Below are positions 12,000-26,551 of a DNA stretch of 64,000 nucleotides, piece by piece. The translations under genes and the position numbers were made by a program. The stretch is from Epiperipatus broadwayi (Eukaryota; Animalia; Onychophora). The stretch covers positions 7,378,001 through 7,442,000 of the forward strand of contig JAQFVV010000008.1 of the NCBI GenBank assembly GCA_028023455.1, in the 5' to 3' direction. The stretch's first letter is position 1. Every line of letters begins with the position of its first letter. The notes beneath the pieces are model-generated. The model saw only the letters and a list, made by a program, of their open reading frames with translations. It did no database searches and had not been told where the DNA came from.

Positions 12000-14200
12000 T
12001 GAGTATATAAACCCATATATGATAACAATGTTCACATATTTTACATGATAATCCTGTAGCCTATTTGTTTGATATTTTGCAATGCTGTCTATTAAGATCT
12101 CTTATATAAAACTTTACTTTGATACTTGCCTAATTGTGACTCTTTATTGCATTCTATACTCAGCCATATTTTTCTAATAAAGGCAGTCAGCATTGTATCT
12201 CTATGATTTTCTGAAATAATAATGTAAATAAGACCATAAAACCCTGTTTTATATTTAGAAAATCTGCTACTTTTCATTCACTTCCCATGATTAATCCAAT
12301 ATAGATATGCTTTATAATAGTAGATTAATTAACACTGTATTCATTAAACTGAAAACATAAACCAATTGATCTTATGATCTTGCTATCATATTTTTAGATC
12401 TTAACAAAGTATTTTGAAATAAAAAAATTTCATTGCCTTTATGTTTATCTATTGAAGCTCAATATCTCATTTCCATACAATAAATTGAGCAAATCTAGAT
12501 AAACAAATAAAATGAATATATCATTAAATGCTATAATTTGAATTCTATTATCATTTTCAAAACGTGATTAAAATATTTCTTCCTCTTGCTTGAAATATCA
12601 AATGTCATATAAATCATTGCCACTCATTGATTAAATAGGATCTTTAGTTTTACTAAAATAGAGGATAAGTATTTTTATTTTTATATAGCACAATATTTAT
12701 TGTAATATCTTCAGGAACATATCCATGTATGGAGATTGATTTGGTCTTGGAGGTATTAAAATAGAGGATCTAAAGTAATCGTAATTATTAAATTACTAGA
12801 ATCATTGTGTTTTTCAGATTAATTGGTATTATTTAGTCAATATTTTTATTGATTTAAATTTTTTGTAAAAATTTCTTACACATTGTCATTTTTTCCCTTT
12901 GGTCTTGTTTTTGGCAATGATCTCAAAGCTAATTTGGTTTCATCTTCTTTAGCTAAGCATTTCTTTACTTTGTTGACCTCATCACAGTGTTAATTGATAT
13001 TTATTGGTGCAACTCTTGCATGATTCTTTTTTTTTTAATTTCTTTATAATATTTCCATTAACCTTTTTCAACAGATTATCCAAGCTTATAACTTTTTCCC
13101 CATCTCAGGAATCTTTTTATTTTCCATGTTTTGCAAATATTGTTATAATATTCTTTTCATCTTTTCAGGATGTTATTGGAATATTTTATTTAGTTTCCTC
13201 AAATGTTCTTTGTCATTGTTGATTTTGATTTTTTTTTGTTATCATTGTTACTGCATCTTTTGGCATCTATTTGTTTTTATTTTTTGGCTGATCTATCTTA
13301 GTCAAACTTTTCTCAGATCCATCTTTAGTTATTTATTTTACTTTTTTTATTTTCACTGTTTATCTGATTCATTCCTTAGCAATTACATTAAAACTACATT
13401 GTGATTTCTGATTATTTTTAAAATCAGTAGGTATTTTTTTTATATCTAGAATAATATTTAAGCTAAAGTTTCTTTTTCAACTTACCTCCAAGTTTAAACT
13501 TTAGTTATTTATGATTTGATTCACATTCTATTTTTGGATATCAAAATTGATGTTTTTTATCTATTTGGTTCTTGTGAATTTGTTTCATAAATATGTTGAT
13601 TATAAAAAAGTAATTGAGTTTGGAAAAATATATTATCATACTTCTTTCTTTCTGTTATCAAATTTATCATTTCTATCTATTCACAATTCAACTTTAATAT
13701 TCTAGTCACCAATTACTAGAAGTATATTTTGGCTATTATTGAGCCAGTTTCTGCTTGAACTTTATAATGAAATTGTTTAATTCTTTTTTCAATCGCTTGA
13801 GTTGAGAATATAAACTTTTATTATAATGATCATCATTCATAGGTTTGAGATATAAACTTTTATTATAATAATCATTCATAGGTTTGAGATGTAAACTTTT
13901 ATTATAATAATCAATCATTCATAGGTTTGAGATATAAACTTTTATTATAATAATTAATTATTCATAGAATTATATCCATTAATAGCTGTTGAAATGTTTT
14001 TCCTGATTATGAAAGCCAGACTATTTTTTTGATGTTGTTTGATTGTTTTCTTGATCTAAAATTTTTCATTCCAATTCATTTTACTTCAGTGATTCATAAG
14101 ATCTAATTGTCTTCAATTATCTTTTTTTAATTTCTGACAATTGGGATGCAAAACAACATCACTTTGCTGAGATAATATATCCATAAATGTCATTTTCAGT
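12000..14200 (-). mobile_element. Possible highly decayed Penelope-like RT region
   Basis: Minus-strand CFQFN...GLIMGS near 12280-12365 resembles PLE RT motif B (FxFN...GLxMGS); the rest is only coding-like composition. Confidence 0.33.
13803..13968. repeat. Tandem repeat, about 4 copies of a 39-43 bp unit
   Basis: Unit TATAAACTTTTATTATAATAATCATTCATAGGTTTGAGA repeated with small indels. Confidence 0.9.
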
Positions 14201-15204
14201 TTCCATATTTAACATTAATTAACAAGGTAATAATATATATATATTTAGTACTTATCCTGATATATAATGCAGGGATTATACATCTGAACTAAGATCAGAA
14301 TCCTTAATAATGATTTATCTCATTATCAATACTTTTATTTGTATTATTTGTAAATGGTATGATATGTTATAATAGAAATCAATACATAGGAAAAGAAATA
14401 GAAAATGATTTATCTCATATATGAAAATATTAATTTAAGATTTGGTACTACTGAGAAGTGTATGTAAATCTTTCATTATTTGTCTCATGTATTGCAAAAA
14501 GAAAAAAATATTTCATATATATATTTGAAATTATATATAGACACACAGTATTATGCTTGCTTGTTTTTCAACAAAAATTCTAAAAAAAATACATATTTTT
14601 TTTTTTTGAATGAAAAATGTAGCTTGAGTGATTATTAAAATGAAATATTTTAGTGTGTGTGTGTGTTATTTTTTTTTGATGATGAGAGCAAGCCTATGTT
14701 GATAGTATCAAGGTTATTGTCAAATATTTTTTTCCACTGCATTTTTTTAGTATTAAAAAAAAAAAGTGCAGTCATTGATATTTTGATTAGATTTGTCTTA
14801 TTGTTCTTAAGATGCCTTCATATTTTTAGGGCATTATCAGATTAGAGCCAGTGTCTTTACAGATATTAGTAGCTGTCTTTCTATCAAGATATTCATTAAA
14901 CTTTTAGGTAGTTTGAGATCAAAATTGATTATACTCATCTTAATTGGTTATGTGACCTAATAATACAATACTGATATTAACTGCCAAACTAAAAAGGAGG
15001 CCCCTTAATATCAATCGATAAATTACTATGAAGATTATTATATATAGTTATTTTTTATTCTTTCTCAGATGAATGTCGAAATACTATTCTTATTACATGT
15101 TTATTACAGGAAATCAAAATTTCTATTTACTAAGAAATTTTTTTTTTTTTTGTAAATCATCTTTTAAATATATATATATATATAATTGTAAATACTATTT
15201 ATAG

Positions 15205-15322
15205 TTTTATCAGGGCTTCCAGAAGATGAAAAAGTTTTTCAATATAAAGTCATCTGTTTAATGCAGTTAGGCAATTTTGATGAAGCACTTCGATGCATAA
15301 ACAAAAATAGAAAATTAGCAAA
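15205..15322 (+). CDS. SRP72: SRP72 exon 2 (ILSGLPEDEKVFQYKVICLMQLGNFDEALRCINKNRKLA)
   Basis: tttatag acceptor, gtaagt donor; KVxCLxQxGxFxEAL motif typical of SRP72; phases consistent. Confidence 0.93.
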
Positions 15323-15404
15323 GTAAGTTTTTTTCTTCTTATAAAATTTGTTTAAAAATAGTTAGTAGTTTGATGACTCTTTTTATTTTTTTTATTTTTT
15401 GCAG

Positions 15405-15525
15405 TAATCTTACTTTTGAAAAAGCATATTGTGAATACCGATTGAATAAGGTTGAAGATGCTTATAAAACACTTCAGTCTGTTAATAATTTAGATTATAG
15501 ACATAAAGAATTACTTGGACAAGTG
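15405..15525 (+). CDS. SRP72: SRP72 exon 3 (NLTFEKAYCEYRLNKVEDAYKTLQSVNNLDYRHKELLGQV)
   Basis: ttttgcag acceptor, gtaagc donor; diagnostic FEKAYCEYRLN and KELxGQV motifs. Confidence 0.96.
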
Positions 15526-18149
15526 GTAAGCATAATTGTTAATTTTTGGTACATTTTTTTTTTTAAGTGGCAAATATATATGTATATATGAATATTAAAT
15601 TAAATATTTTTATAGATTCAAGATGTAAACATTTAAATTATAATGAGAGTTTTCTTGTGGATTAAATTAGAATAAATTTTTTGCTATAGTACATAATCAG
15701 GTAGCCATCAATTAAATACAATGATCTAAGCTGAAGAATATGATGTAGAAATTAGCAATTGTTTTTTAATTTAAGCTATCTTTTGGCTTAAGATAAAACA
15801 CAATAAGTGCAATTGTTAATTTCTAAATCATTTAGTTCAGCTTGGACTATTGATTTTAATTGATAGTTACTTGTTTATATTATAGCTGAATGTTTATTTT
15901 AGTTTAATATATGAAAAGTTCCCATTATAATATCAGTATTGACACATATATGTATGTTTATTTAATATTATTAAATACAATGATAATAAATGATATAAAT
16001 TAGAAACATTTTAATACTCCCTGATACAAGTCTAAATTTTAATATTAGTAATCACATATAAAATTATCTACTAATCTCTCATGAAGTATATTAGAGATCT
16101 TAACATATGTTTTCATACAATATATTTTATTTTGGAAGTTATGACTATGTTAATACCCAATTGGAATTTTATGTTTAAACTGATTGTATAATATTAAAAG
16201 TTTTTAATACTATTATAATCTCATTCAGACTTTATATGCTAGAGTAATACATAATATTAATAAGTGCACTGAAAATAAATATAATAAAAGTAAATTACTT
16301 AGACCTCTAGTGTACATGACAAAATTAGGTTGTATCGGTTTCTTTAAATAATGATTAATGATATTCATAGATAGTTTGAAATGAGATTATGATTGTTTCT
16401 GCATTACATAATAAATGTTTAATATTATTGACCAGTTCAAATACAATTTAAAATTGCAGTTGTTTATTAACATATCCACACTTCTAAAATAAAATATATC
16501 TCATGAAATTAATTACATATAAAGTTATGATCATCATTTGGATATAGTGAAAGATATTCAGACTTTAGTCTAAATTGCAGCTGAAACATATGTATGTAGT
16601 GTGAGAGATTAGTCTGTTTATTTTATGTTTCAAAAGTCTTTATTGAATATAAGATTACAATCAGCACTGAGTACTACTCACGTAGTATAAAGTAAGAGGA
16701 AACTACAAAGTATAAACAGAAAAAAAAAAGAGGTACAGAGTTTACGTAATATATATTTGCCTTTATTTTGAAAGCAACTTAGCATTATTTTCTGATCTCT
16801 GCATAGGATTTATAGCTTTCTATATTCACATTACATAAATGTTTTTTTTGTTTTTTTGATTTTATTTATTCTGTCACTATTTTATAATAGTGAGTCATGT
16901 TATAAACTTGAGTGAAATTCCATTAGTGACCACATGTCTCAATAAATGTTTGTTGATGAGATTTTTTTTATCCTTTGTGCATATAATAACCATTTTGTTT
17001 TTAAATTTATTAGGATACCTTCTTGTATTTGAACCATACATAAATTTACATTTGATACACCATAACAATATTGGTGTAAATGTGCTAGCATGAATGAGTA
17101 CTTAAATATCTTTTTCAAATATATGAAGTGTGAGAAGTCATAATTTTTGTTTTTAAATATTTTGAAGATAATCCAACCAGATATTATTAAACATGAGACA
17201 TGTAGATTTAGTTTTATGGAAAATTCATAATATTTTGTTTCCAAGTTTCAATATTTGAATTTTTTAGTCACCTACTTATTGGTTATATTTAAAAGGAGCT
17301 TGTTATATTATTTGAGGAGGAAACACAGATTAATGAGTATACCTTCCAGAATTTAAGTTTATTTTTGATAAAGCAGTATACTAAATTGGAGATGCATAAT
17401 AAGGGAGAAATTAACTTATTATAGTTATTGCATGGGCATAGACTATTTCTAGATATGGAAAAATTTTTGGACATAATGATATAAGATTAAGTGTTTTAGA
17501 GGATGCAGGATCTCATTCAAGGATATTGAAGCCATCCTACCCCCTCCCACACAGACACAATTTTTCTACACAATGAATAAATTTGAGATAAAAAGGTTTT
17601 TGTTTATATTATAGACATAAAATATGTGATACATGTCATTATGAGGAGATTGAATAAGATTACTTTGGCACAGAGTGATAAATATGATTTGGAAAGGTAG
17701 TTGATTATATTCTCCATTTATTAAATAGTTTTCCTTGTATCTCAGATTGCAGCATCAGAATTACTTAAGTGAAATGGAAACCCCACAAAAAAGTTAGGTT
17801 TTTTTTTGAAATTTTATTGCTTATAATAGCATCCTGAGTATATAGATCATGAATTAGATTTTTCTAAATTGAACTAGAGTTTATATTTATTTGGAGTAAT
17901 TGTTAGAATTCTTACTATTTTTGATATCTGGTTCTTTGTTGTCAAAAAGATTGATATGTCATTCATGTATGCTGTACATGAAATATTTGCTTTTAGTGCA
18001 GATATAAATATTTTACGGTACTAGTATATTTGCGGCACATGACCACTTGATGCCACTACTATTCACATAACGGTTTCCAGGCCGCCGCAAATGGATGAGT
18101 ACCTATTTTACTTAACTCATTTTCATTTGCTTTAAGAAGAAGGATGAAT

Positions 18150-19560
18150 ATAGAATGTGAATAAATGGGCACTTTAGTGGTAATCCTTATGGATTTGAGT
18201 TAAATGGAATAAATGAAGGAAAATATTTTCCATTGTTATTTGAATTTTTGGCTTAGAAGAAGATTCATAATCAAATATTTGAATGACCTAAGTATTGATA
18301 AATCTGCTAATTTATTGATTAAAATATCAATTGGTATTACACCAAATGCTGATTTAATGTCCAGATGAACTACAACTGGACCATATTTTTTCTTATTTCT
18401 GACTGTGTCGATTACTGTTTTAAACAAAAAAGCAGCCTGTCCAGTTGATGAACCTTTCTTTACAAACTGAATTTTTGATAGCAATGTCAAAAGATAAGGT
18501 TCAATTCTATTTTAATCATTGATTCTAGAACTTTAATCTCAAGTAGACTCATTGATATGGCTTTGAGGTTTTTAAATGTGGATATATTTTCTTTAGTCTT
18601 AGCAAATGGGACCAAAGAGATGGTATAAAGTTCATGTATGTGATATATTTTTATTTTCTTTAGTCTTAGCAAATGGGACCAAAGAGATGGTATAAAGTTC
18701 ATGTATGTGATATATTTTCTTTTGTTAGGAAGTTAGCTAAATTTGTCAGACATTTCTGAAGTTAGCAAATGGAACCAAAGAGATAGAATAAAGTTCATAT
18801 ATGTGATATATTTTTATTTGTTAGGAAGTTAGCTAAATTTGTCAGACATTTTGCTGTCAATTGATCTAAATGTCTATATACAAAGCAAGATATTCTATAT
18901 ATTCCTGAATGACATGAATTTGGCATTGAAGCAAGTTCTTTCACAAACTCTCTAGGTACTTAAGTTATATTATCTTCTGATTTCCCCTTCTTTTCTGATT
19001 GCTATTGGAACATAGTTTAATGGAGCTTGACCCAGTGCCCTCTGAATGTATTGCCTAGATCACATGCGAGTTTGACAGATATATTTTCCTTTTTTTTTTT
19101 TTCACTAAGTATTCTCTGACTGAGTCACAAGCTAACCAATACGCTTTCCTCAGAACTTTTACATTTGTATAGCCCTCTGTTGAGGTAATATTAAGCATAA
19201 TTCTCTTGGGCAAATCATCTGAATGTGCTAAAATTTTTGAGGTGGATGGTTGGTTACTTGTTATTATATCTATTGTATATGATATTACGCTTACAAATGC
19301 AATCTATGTTTGTACAGGGTCCATTTCCAAGTCACGAATTTTGAATAATATGTATATGTCTGAGAAGATATACTGTAGTCTGCCCTGGGAGCAGTATCTG
19401 AATGATTTTAACTGTTATGATCATAGATCTATATGTGATATCATTTTTAAGAGAAACTATCAGTACAAAATTATCTGAAAAAGAAGAGTTTATAAGTGAA
19501 AAGTTGATCATTTGATGCAATACTAGTGAATAGAAAGCAAGGGCAATTATTGATGAATAT
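18150..19560 (-). mobile_element. Degenerate non-LTR retrotransposon (endonuclease end to RT) with internal tandem duplications
   Basis: ORF fragments LVPFAK...NLKAISMSLLEIKVLESMI and QFVKKGSSTGQA...VVVHLDIKSAFG...LINKL match LINE RT motifs; duplicated blocks at about 18590-18850. Confidence 0.8.
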
Positions 19561-19669
19561 CTGAGCCATTATTGAAAGAGATATAGTTCTGTGGAAAAAA
19601 CTCTTTACCAGACAGTATGACGTATTAAAATTATAGGATGTGATGAGGATGTATATTTAGAGTTTAATG

Positions 19670-19750
19670 TAGGGAGTGTGAAAGTCTTGAGTTCAAATCC
19701 CTTCTAATTACATTTAAATTCAGTATAGACAATATATTTGTATTTAAGTA
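19670..19750 (+). repeat. Short fragment of retrozyme-like family 2
   Basis: GAGTGTGAAAGTCTTGAGTTCAAATCC...AATTACATT...TATAGACAATATAT matches 34490-34560 and the reverse complement of 33420-33460. Confidence 0.65.
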
Positions 19751-22700
19751 ATCTATTAATTATTATTTTTCCTGGAAGAATGTACGCATAGTGCAACAAT
19801 TAACATGCATGCTCCAATATATATTTTGAATGAGCTAAATGGATAGGTTTTGTTTATCACAATTCCTGTCACAATTGAAAGTAAGAATACTGTTCTGGAG
19901 AATAATGAATATTCTTATTTATCAAAAAAATTGGATGGATTTCTTTGTGATTTGTTATGCATCTTAGTTTTCAGAAATCCAATTATGGGTTGTTGAATAA
20001 TATAAAGTATTTTTAAAGTTAATGATTGTTTTCTACAGAATTTAATCCTCTGACTTTAATTAACTCTATTTTTATTAACATAATTATATCTAATTAAGTG
20101 TATGAATATTAATAATACAAAAAATATATAAATGATATTTGTATTAAAGTTAATAGTCCAATTTATGGATATTAAACCCTCATTTGATAACTCTTGAAAT
20201 TTATCATTAGGAATTATTTTTGAACATGGAGTTTTATTATGATGACAGGCTCCTCATTTGAAGTATCTCTTGCATCATTATCTGGTTAACAATATTTAAA
20301 TTTATACTAGGTAGCTTTAAAATATATGTTTCATTTATATATATATATATATGCCAAATCATTCAATAAGTAAGTTTTTTAAGTCTGGCAAAATAAAACA
20401 ACAATTATAGCCGTGAAGAATTTTATAAGAAATGTATGCCATCTTTCTATAGTTGACAATATTTCAACAATTTTCTTTTATTGCTTGATAGTAAAATCAT
20501 TGATTTGCCTCATATCTTAGAAGTTTTATTTTTTAATTGTTTATTGTATTTCTTTCTTCCAACTCAGATATTACACAACTGATAATAATATTAGTTGAAA
20601 CACATACAACTACATGAGTAGCCTCCACAACTTTTTTTTGTGTGAAGTAGATAAAAAAAAAATTCTTCACTACAGTTTTGAAATCTTTTTTCCTATATTT
20701 TTTTCTTACTCTGACTTTTTATTTTTATTCATCCTAGCACTTAGAATTGGATAATCATTCTTATCTAGCATTATTATTATTATATTTGGCAAAGTGTAGA
20801 TGTGTCAAATCAGATAATAAAGGAGTTATTGAATATTTTTAAAAAAGATATTAATTAAAAAATGAAATAATTTGTTTATTAAATTAGTTAATATACTTTA
20901 TTCTTGAAAATGAAGCTCTTAATGCAACTTCATCATCAGAATCAAATGATTATTTACAATTGGATAATTATTAAATGAGCAGTGAAAGTAAAAATGAATT
21001 ATCTGTTCCAGCTATTTTTTTAAATCAATTCCAATGTGAAGTGGAGACTCAGCATTAAGATCAGTATATGATCATTAATAATATTTGCAAAATTGGCTAT
21101 GTTTTTTTTAATATGATCTAAGCATAATTACACTATAATTTTTGAAAACGCTAATAATAAATGACATAATTAGTTCAAACTTGATTTAAAAAAAAAAACT
21201 TTTTGAAAACAATTTTGTAAAAATAAATGCAAAAATTTTTTTATAGTAAATCTACAGTAACAATATGAAGCAAAGTTTAAATGCACTATCGACTGGGATA
21301 AACTAAAACTAGTTATGAGAATAGAAGAAAGAAAACATTTTGATTATTGATTATAATTATGCAGATTAAGTCGAAGGGTCTATAAAGATATTTGGAACAT
21401 TTTATTGAATTTTAGAGTAGGTTTTTTTACAGCAGCTTGCAAAAATTTATATATATATGATTTTTTTTACAGTTGACTGTCAAAAATCTGAAAAGGAAAG
21501 TGATAGTGAAGTTTTTGATTTTAATTATTTTCAGTTTTCAGAAATAATAGTTTATCAGATATAGTTCATAAGAAATATTGGTCAAATGATAAATGTTTTT
21601 GAAACTTATATAAGATTTTAATTTTGTAAAAAGTTGTATTTCCTACTCTGCTTTATTATAGTCACCAAAATTCAGCATGCACTAATTTATTTATTTGTAG
21701 AAAAAATTCTGAGATATATGTCAATAATTTAAAGAGAAGTAAAACTAAAACTAAAAATATATTCTAAGGATTTGCTGAATTATAATATATGAATTCTTAG
21801 TTCCATATTTCTTAGAGGAAGATCCATGAAATATTGAGTTGTATTGTTTTAAACATCATTTACTTAGCCTTAATATTATTATTTATCTTGGATTGTAAGA
21901 GAAGCATGGGATCAAGATCCAGAAATACTGAAGATTTTTTTTTTCAATATTTAAATCCAATCAAAACAATTTTGATAATTGATATAATGATAGAATCCAA
22001 GTCATGAAAGATTTGTATGAATAAAGTGTAAAATTAATGTGCATTCAGAATATTGCTTAATAAATTTAGTTGATTTATAAAAGAGCAAACTATTAATGTT
22101 ATGCCATAAAATTATAAGTTTCATGGAGAATCTTCTCAGCTTTGAGAAAGAGAGTAATAATTTTTTTTAATACTGATAAAGTAATGGTAATTTATTTGGT
22201 GTTGATTAATACATAATAAAAATATTCTGTACTATTTGATATTGAACTATGTGTAGAATTAATTCAATAGGTTTTAAAACAATCCATTCTATTCCATATT
22301 TCAAATAAGCAAAGACTTGATTTTTTAAAAAATTATAAACATATATAAATGCAAATCTATATAAATTTTGTTATTAAAATTTAAATTATTAAATTATCCT
22401 TTTTTATTGTTGTGTGAAATAAAAAAAAACCTTACTTTTACCTTTTTTCTTCAGAAGAAATTTTATAAAACTAAAAATTGTCATTTCTTCATAATTATTT
22501 ATTATATAATCTGGGTTTGAATCCAGACTAGATAAATTTGAAAATTTTTGGGGGATTTTAACCTGGTTTAGAATTTTTCTTTTACATAGCTGGCGTATAG
22601 CCAAACTAGCTAATCATTAGTAATGGTCATTAAATGGGAATGTAATTATTCTTAGCTAGAGGATGAAATGATGGAAAACCTAATAATTGGCAAATTTGAT

Positions 22701-22974
22701 GATAAATAATGCCTCTTCTTCATTAATTTTTAATGAAAAGCTATTGAAGAGATCTTTTTCTTGTAATAACCACCTAAAAGTTGTTTCACTTTTTATGTGC
22801 TTTGAAAGCATTGTCCATTTATTGTAGATAGATTTTATTTAGTTTTGTAAACACTTCTGAATCAATTGGAGTGGAGAGTTTTTTTACATTTTTTTTTTGT
22901 TTATAAAAAGACAAGAAAATATTAATTTTTTTAGTCAGTTATTTTAAAATAATAATAATAAAAGGACATATGGC

Positions 22975-23210
22975 TTTATTTCTCAGGAGTTTATAAGAAG
23001 TTTGGTGTCAGACTGGTGAGCACCAGAATCGATCTGGAATCTCCCGATTCCAAGTTAGATGCTCAACTTACTGTACCAACCCATGCAGGTTAAAAAAGCT
23101 AATAGATTTATTGCTCAGGAGTTCTTAAGAAGTTTGAGTGCCAGAATTGATCCTTGGATCTCCCGATTCCAAGTTCGACATTCTACAATTGTGCCAATTG
23201 TGAAGGGCTT
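22975..23210 (-). mobile_element. Tandem pair of decayed tRNA-derived SINE heads
   Basis: Two copies of AACTTGGAATCGGGAGAT.C..GATC.ATTCTGG with a tRNA-like layout, each followed by AAACTTCTTA..AACTCCTGAG.AATAAA. Confidence 0.55.
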
Positions 23211-23559
23211 TAAAATAATAATTTTATATAATACAATTTTTTTATATATGTTAAATATCTCATAAATTTATAATCTTAAGATTTTAAAATAATTTATACA
23301 AATGTATGTGTATGTATGCATGTATATAAATAGCCATACAATTATAGATGTATTATAAAAATCGTAGAAATGTATTTATAAATTATAATTAATATAATTA
23401 TTATTAGATTGAAATTACCATATGCAAAACTGGGCTAAAAAGTATTTTTAAGTTTGTTACTATATATTTTTTCTTTTGTTTGCATACACATACACACACA
23501 CAACGCTTTCTCTATATATGTTATAAATTTTTTGCTTTGTACTTTTTTTTTTTTTGCAG

Positions 23560-23625
23560 TTATATCGATTGGAGAATTTCAAGCACTGTTTTCAAGTATA
23601 TAAGGATTTGATCAAAAATTCTGAT
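23560..23625 (+). CDS. SRP72: SRP72 exon 4 (LYRLENFKHCFQVYKDLIKNSD)
   Basis: poly-T gcag acceptor, gtaatt donor; LYRLE..Y.DLI.NS motif; 66 nt in frame. Confidence 0.95.
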
Positions 23626-23711
23626 GTAATTATTTTAATATATTTATACTTTAATTTTGTTTTTTGTTATGTATTTCAAATTATTTTATCTAAAATATAT
23701 ATGTATTTTAG

Positions 23712-23789
23712 GATGATTATGAAGAAGAACGGCAAACTAATTTGAGTGCAGTATTAGTTGGTCTTGAAGCAGAAGAAAGTGGAAATACT
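23712..23789 (+). CDS. SRP72: SRP72 exon 5 (DDYEEERQTNLSAVLVGLEAEESGNT)
   Basis: ttttag acceptor, gtaaga donor; DDY.EER.TNLSAV motif. Confidence 0.95.
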
Positions 23790-26439
23790 GTAAGATTATC
23801 AAATGTGCATATATTGTAACCAAGAATGTATAATATTCAAATGAGTGACATTTAAATGCTCTCTATTAGCTTATTATTTCATTAAATATAAGATGATATA
23901 TAATAATTAATATTTTAGTTAATAAACTTATGGGTTGCTTAAATACTCTATCATAACATTGTAAGATTATTATATAATTTGAAGTTTTAATTTTTTAGTT
24001 TTAAAATATTTTGAAGTTCATTTCTGGTATATTAATCTTTACAGTGCTTTTTTAGTTCTATTATTTTTGTCCACAACCCAAAAAACATTATTATCAAACA
24101 TCTAAAGAACAGACTGAAAATATTATCTGTTTAGTTTGCAAAAATGGAGAGGATAAAGACATATTATTTATTTAACACTTTTTTTTTTCTATCTTCATTA
24201 TAAAAAGTGACAGGGTTTTAGAGCAATACATTCTTAGATCGATGGACATTACTTTTAATAAATACTTATTTACATATTTTAAATAATTTTATACAAACTT
24301 TAAAATCTTAATTGAAGTTTTAGAGATCTTTACTAAGTGTCTATTCATGTGCAAAATGTAAAATTGGTCTCAAGTCATAATTTTTAGATGAAGTCTTTAT
24401 ATAAAAGATCCAATATTGATTTGTTCGGCAATAATAATTATAAAGTAATTTTTATTATATATCACAGATTAATTAACAAATAAAAGTTCTTTTTTTAAAA
24501 AAAATTTACTTCAATTTGTAGGAAATAAAACAGATTTCATATGACAATTACTTTAATTCCTTGAAACTTAAATTGCCTAGATTCATAAATAATATTAATT
24601 TCAATTTAAACTAAAACCATGTATGATGTTTAAATTAATACTAATAAAACATTTCATAACCTATAATGTATTTTTAATTCTTATAGTTAGAATTACATCA
24701 TTCAACTGAATGTTTTGTAAGAAATATCAGGATTCAACAAAGTAAAATTTTTATCTCCTACCTTTTTTGTTATCCAATTCAAAATAATACCATTAAAATT
24801 TTATTTTCTGATCTTAGTAATTAATTAGAGAAAAAAAAAAATTTTTTTTTATTAAATAATGCATTAATGTTGCAAATATGAGCAAAGAGCACAATAGATG
24901 CTTATTTAATCCAGTTATACATGAATAACAGCATGTTTTTTTATCTTCTGTATGCCATGTTATAGTTTATTGATTTATACATTATTACAATATAGATTTA
25001 TAATTAATGCAGTATAAAAATCGAATTCATATTAAAAAATAAATTGCACCATAATCATTGGTTATTTGTTGAAATAGACTAGAAAGATAAATTTCTTTAA
25101 AAATCTATCGATTGATATTGATATTATCATTTTTCTAGTATGATGGAATTGATATTATCACAACCCAATTACTTTTTATTCATGTATAAGAGTTACATAA
25201 TTAAATTAAGCACTAAGTTACATTCACTTCACTAAGATTTTGTTTTACTTCCTTCAGCTTGAAATTGATCCAGAAAGCTTTAGCTCTTGAGTCTGCTAAT
25301 CTTATTATTAGACTAAACTATATTGGATAAGTTCTTATTTGAATCAAGAATTTCTTGCCTTTAAATTATAAAACATTTGAGCAGTGGTTAGAGAAATATT
25401 CCTCAAGTTATTCTTCATGGGAAAAAATTCAAATTTTTTGGAAAGCACAATAATATTAAATCAGATAATTGATAATGCATGGGAGGTATGTAATATTATC
25501 CTCCTGCTTTTAAACCAATATTTGATTGTTTAGTGAGTAATAATTGGAAAAAATATCTGCACTATGTGCTATACAGTTGGTTCTTCAAAATGTTTAAGTA
25601 TTCTATTCAAATAATAACTTTATTATTATTCTTTTCAATAAGATAATAAACTTCATTTATGATTATCAGATATAAAATTTTTCCTTGAATGAACAAAATA
25701 TAAACAATACTTGTCTGACTATATGATTTGATTTGTTTAACTATTGTCCAGTTTTTGCATTGTAATATTCATGTTAAAAAATTGTAGTCTTGAGATTGTA
25801 GTTTTCCCATAAATATTCTGCTTGTGAAATTCATGATGGATTGTTTGTTCTACATTAAAGTTTTCATTTATGTGTTAATGTCTGCTGCAATTTTTTCCAC
25901 TATGGTTTTGTGTTCTTTAGTTCATTTCATAATGTGTGTGATTTTTTTTCTAATAAGAATTGATTTTAGACTGCAGATGGCTTCAGTAAGTTTTTTTATT
26001 TCCTCTTTAGAGGAAATGACTGTATTGTTGATGTTGAAGCATTAAATGGTTCATCAGTTTTACTCCAACCAATTAGGCATTAAAAATTTAGTCCTTTTCA
26101 AACTTGCATATATTTGACATTTCATGTATACAACTTTTTGAAACTGATGTTATTTTTTTTATCAGATTGTAAAATATATAAAAAAATCTTATGTTAGAAT
26201 GCATTTCTATTTGTGGTGACCCAATATCAAAAATGTTTTCATTATTTTATCCACCTTTATGTGTCTGTGTGTATCTGTATAAAGATAAAAAAATTAAGAT
26301 TGTCAAGCAAAAACATTGAAACAATATTTATTTAGGTAATAAGTAAGTAAGTAACTAATTTTATTTAAATTTTTTTTATTTCAAATTCAGTTTTGTTTTT
26401 TAATATAACTGCCTTTATTTATTTATTTATTTTTATTAG

Positions 26440-26551
26440 AAAGATGATGATCTTTTGGATGATTCATATGAGTTGTGTTATAATGCTGCATGTGTTTTAC
26501 TAACTAAAGGCAAATTTCAAAAGGCTGAGAAAAAATTAAAAAGAGCTGAAG
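26440..26551 (+). CDS. SRP72: SRP72 exon 6 (KDDDLLDDSYELCYNAACVLLTKGKFQKAEKKLKRAE)
   Basis: ttattag acceptor, gtaggt donor; YELCYNxAC motif. Confidence 0.94.

Noticed and set aside
13803-13968. Short tandem arrays here and at 49020-49160 and 59210-59350 considered as CRISPR-like
   Set aside because: No unique spacers between repeats; eukaryotic context; ordinary minisatellites
18028-18092. 9-bp inverted repeat ATTTGCGGC/GCCGCAAAT next to CTAG, Helitron-like end
   Set aside because: Spacer too long for a Helitron hairpin and no 5' end or second copy seen
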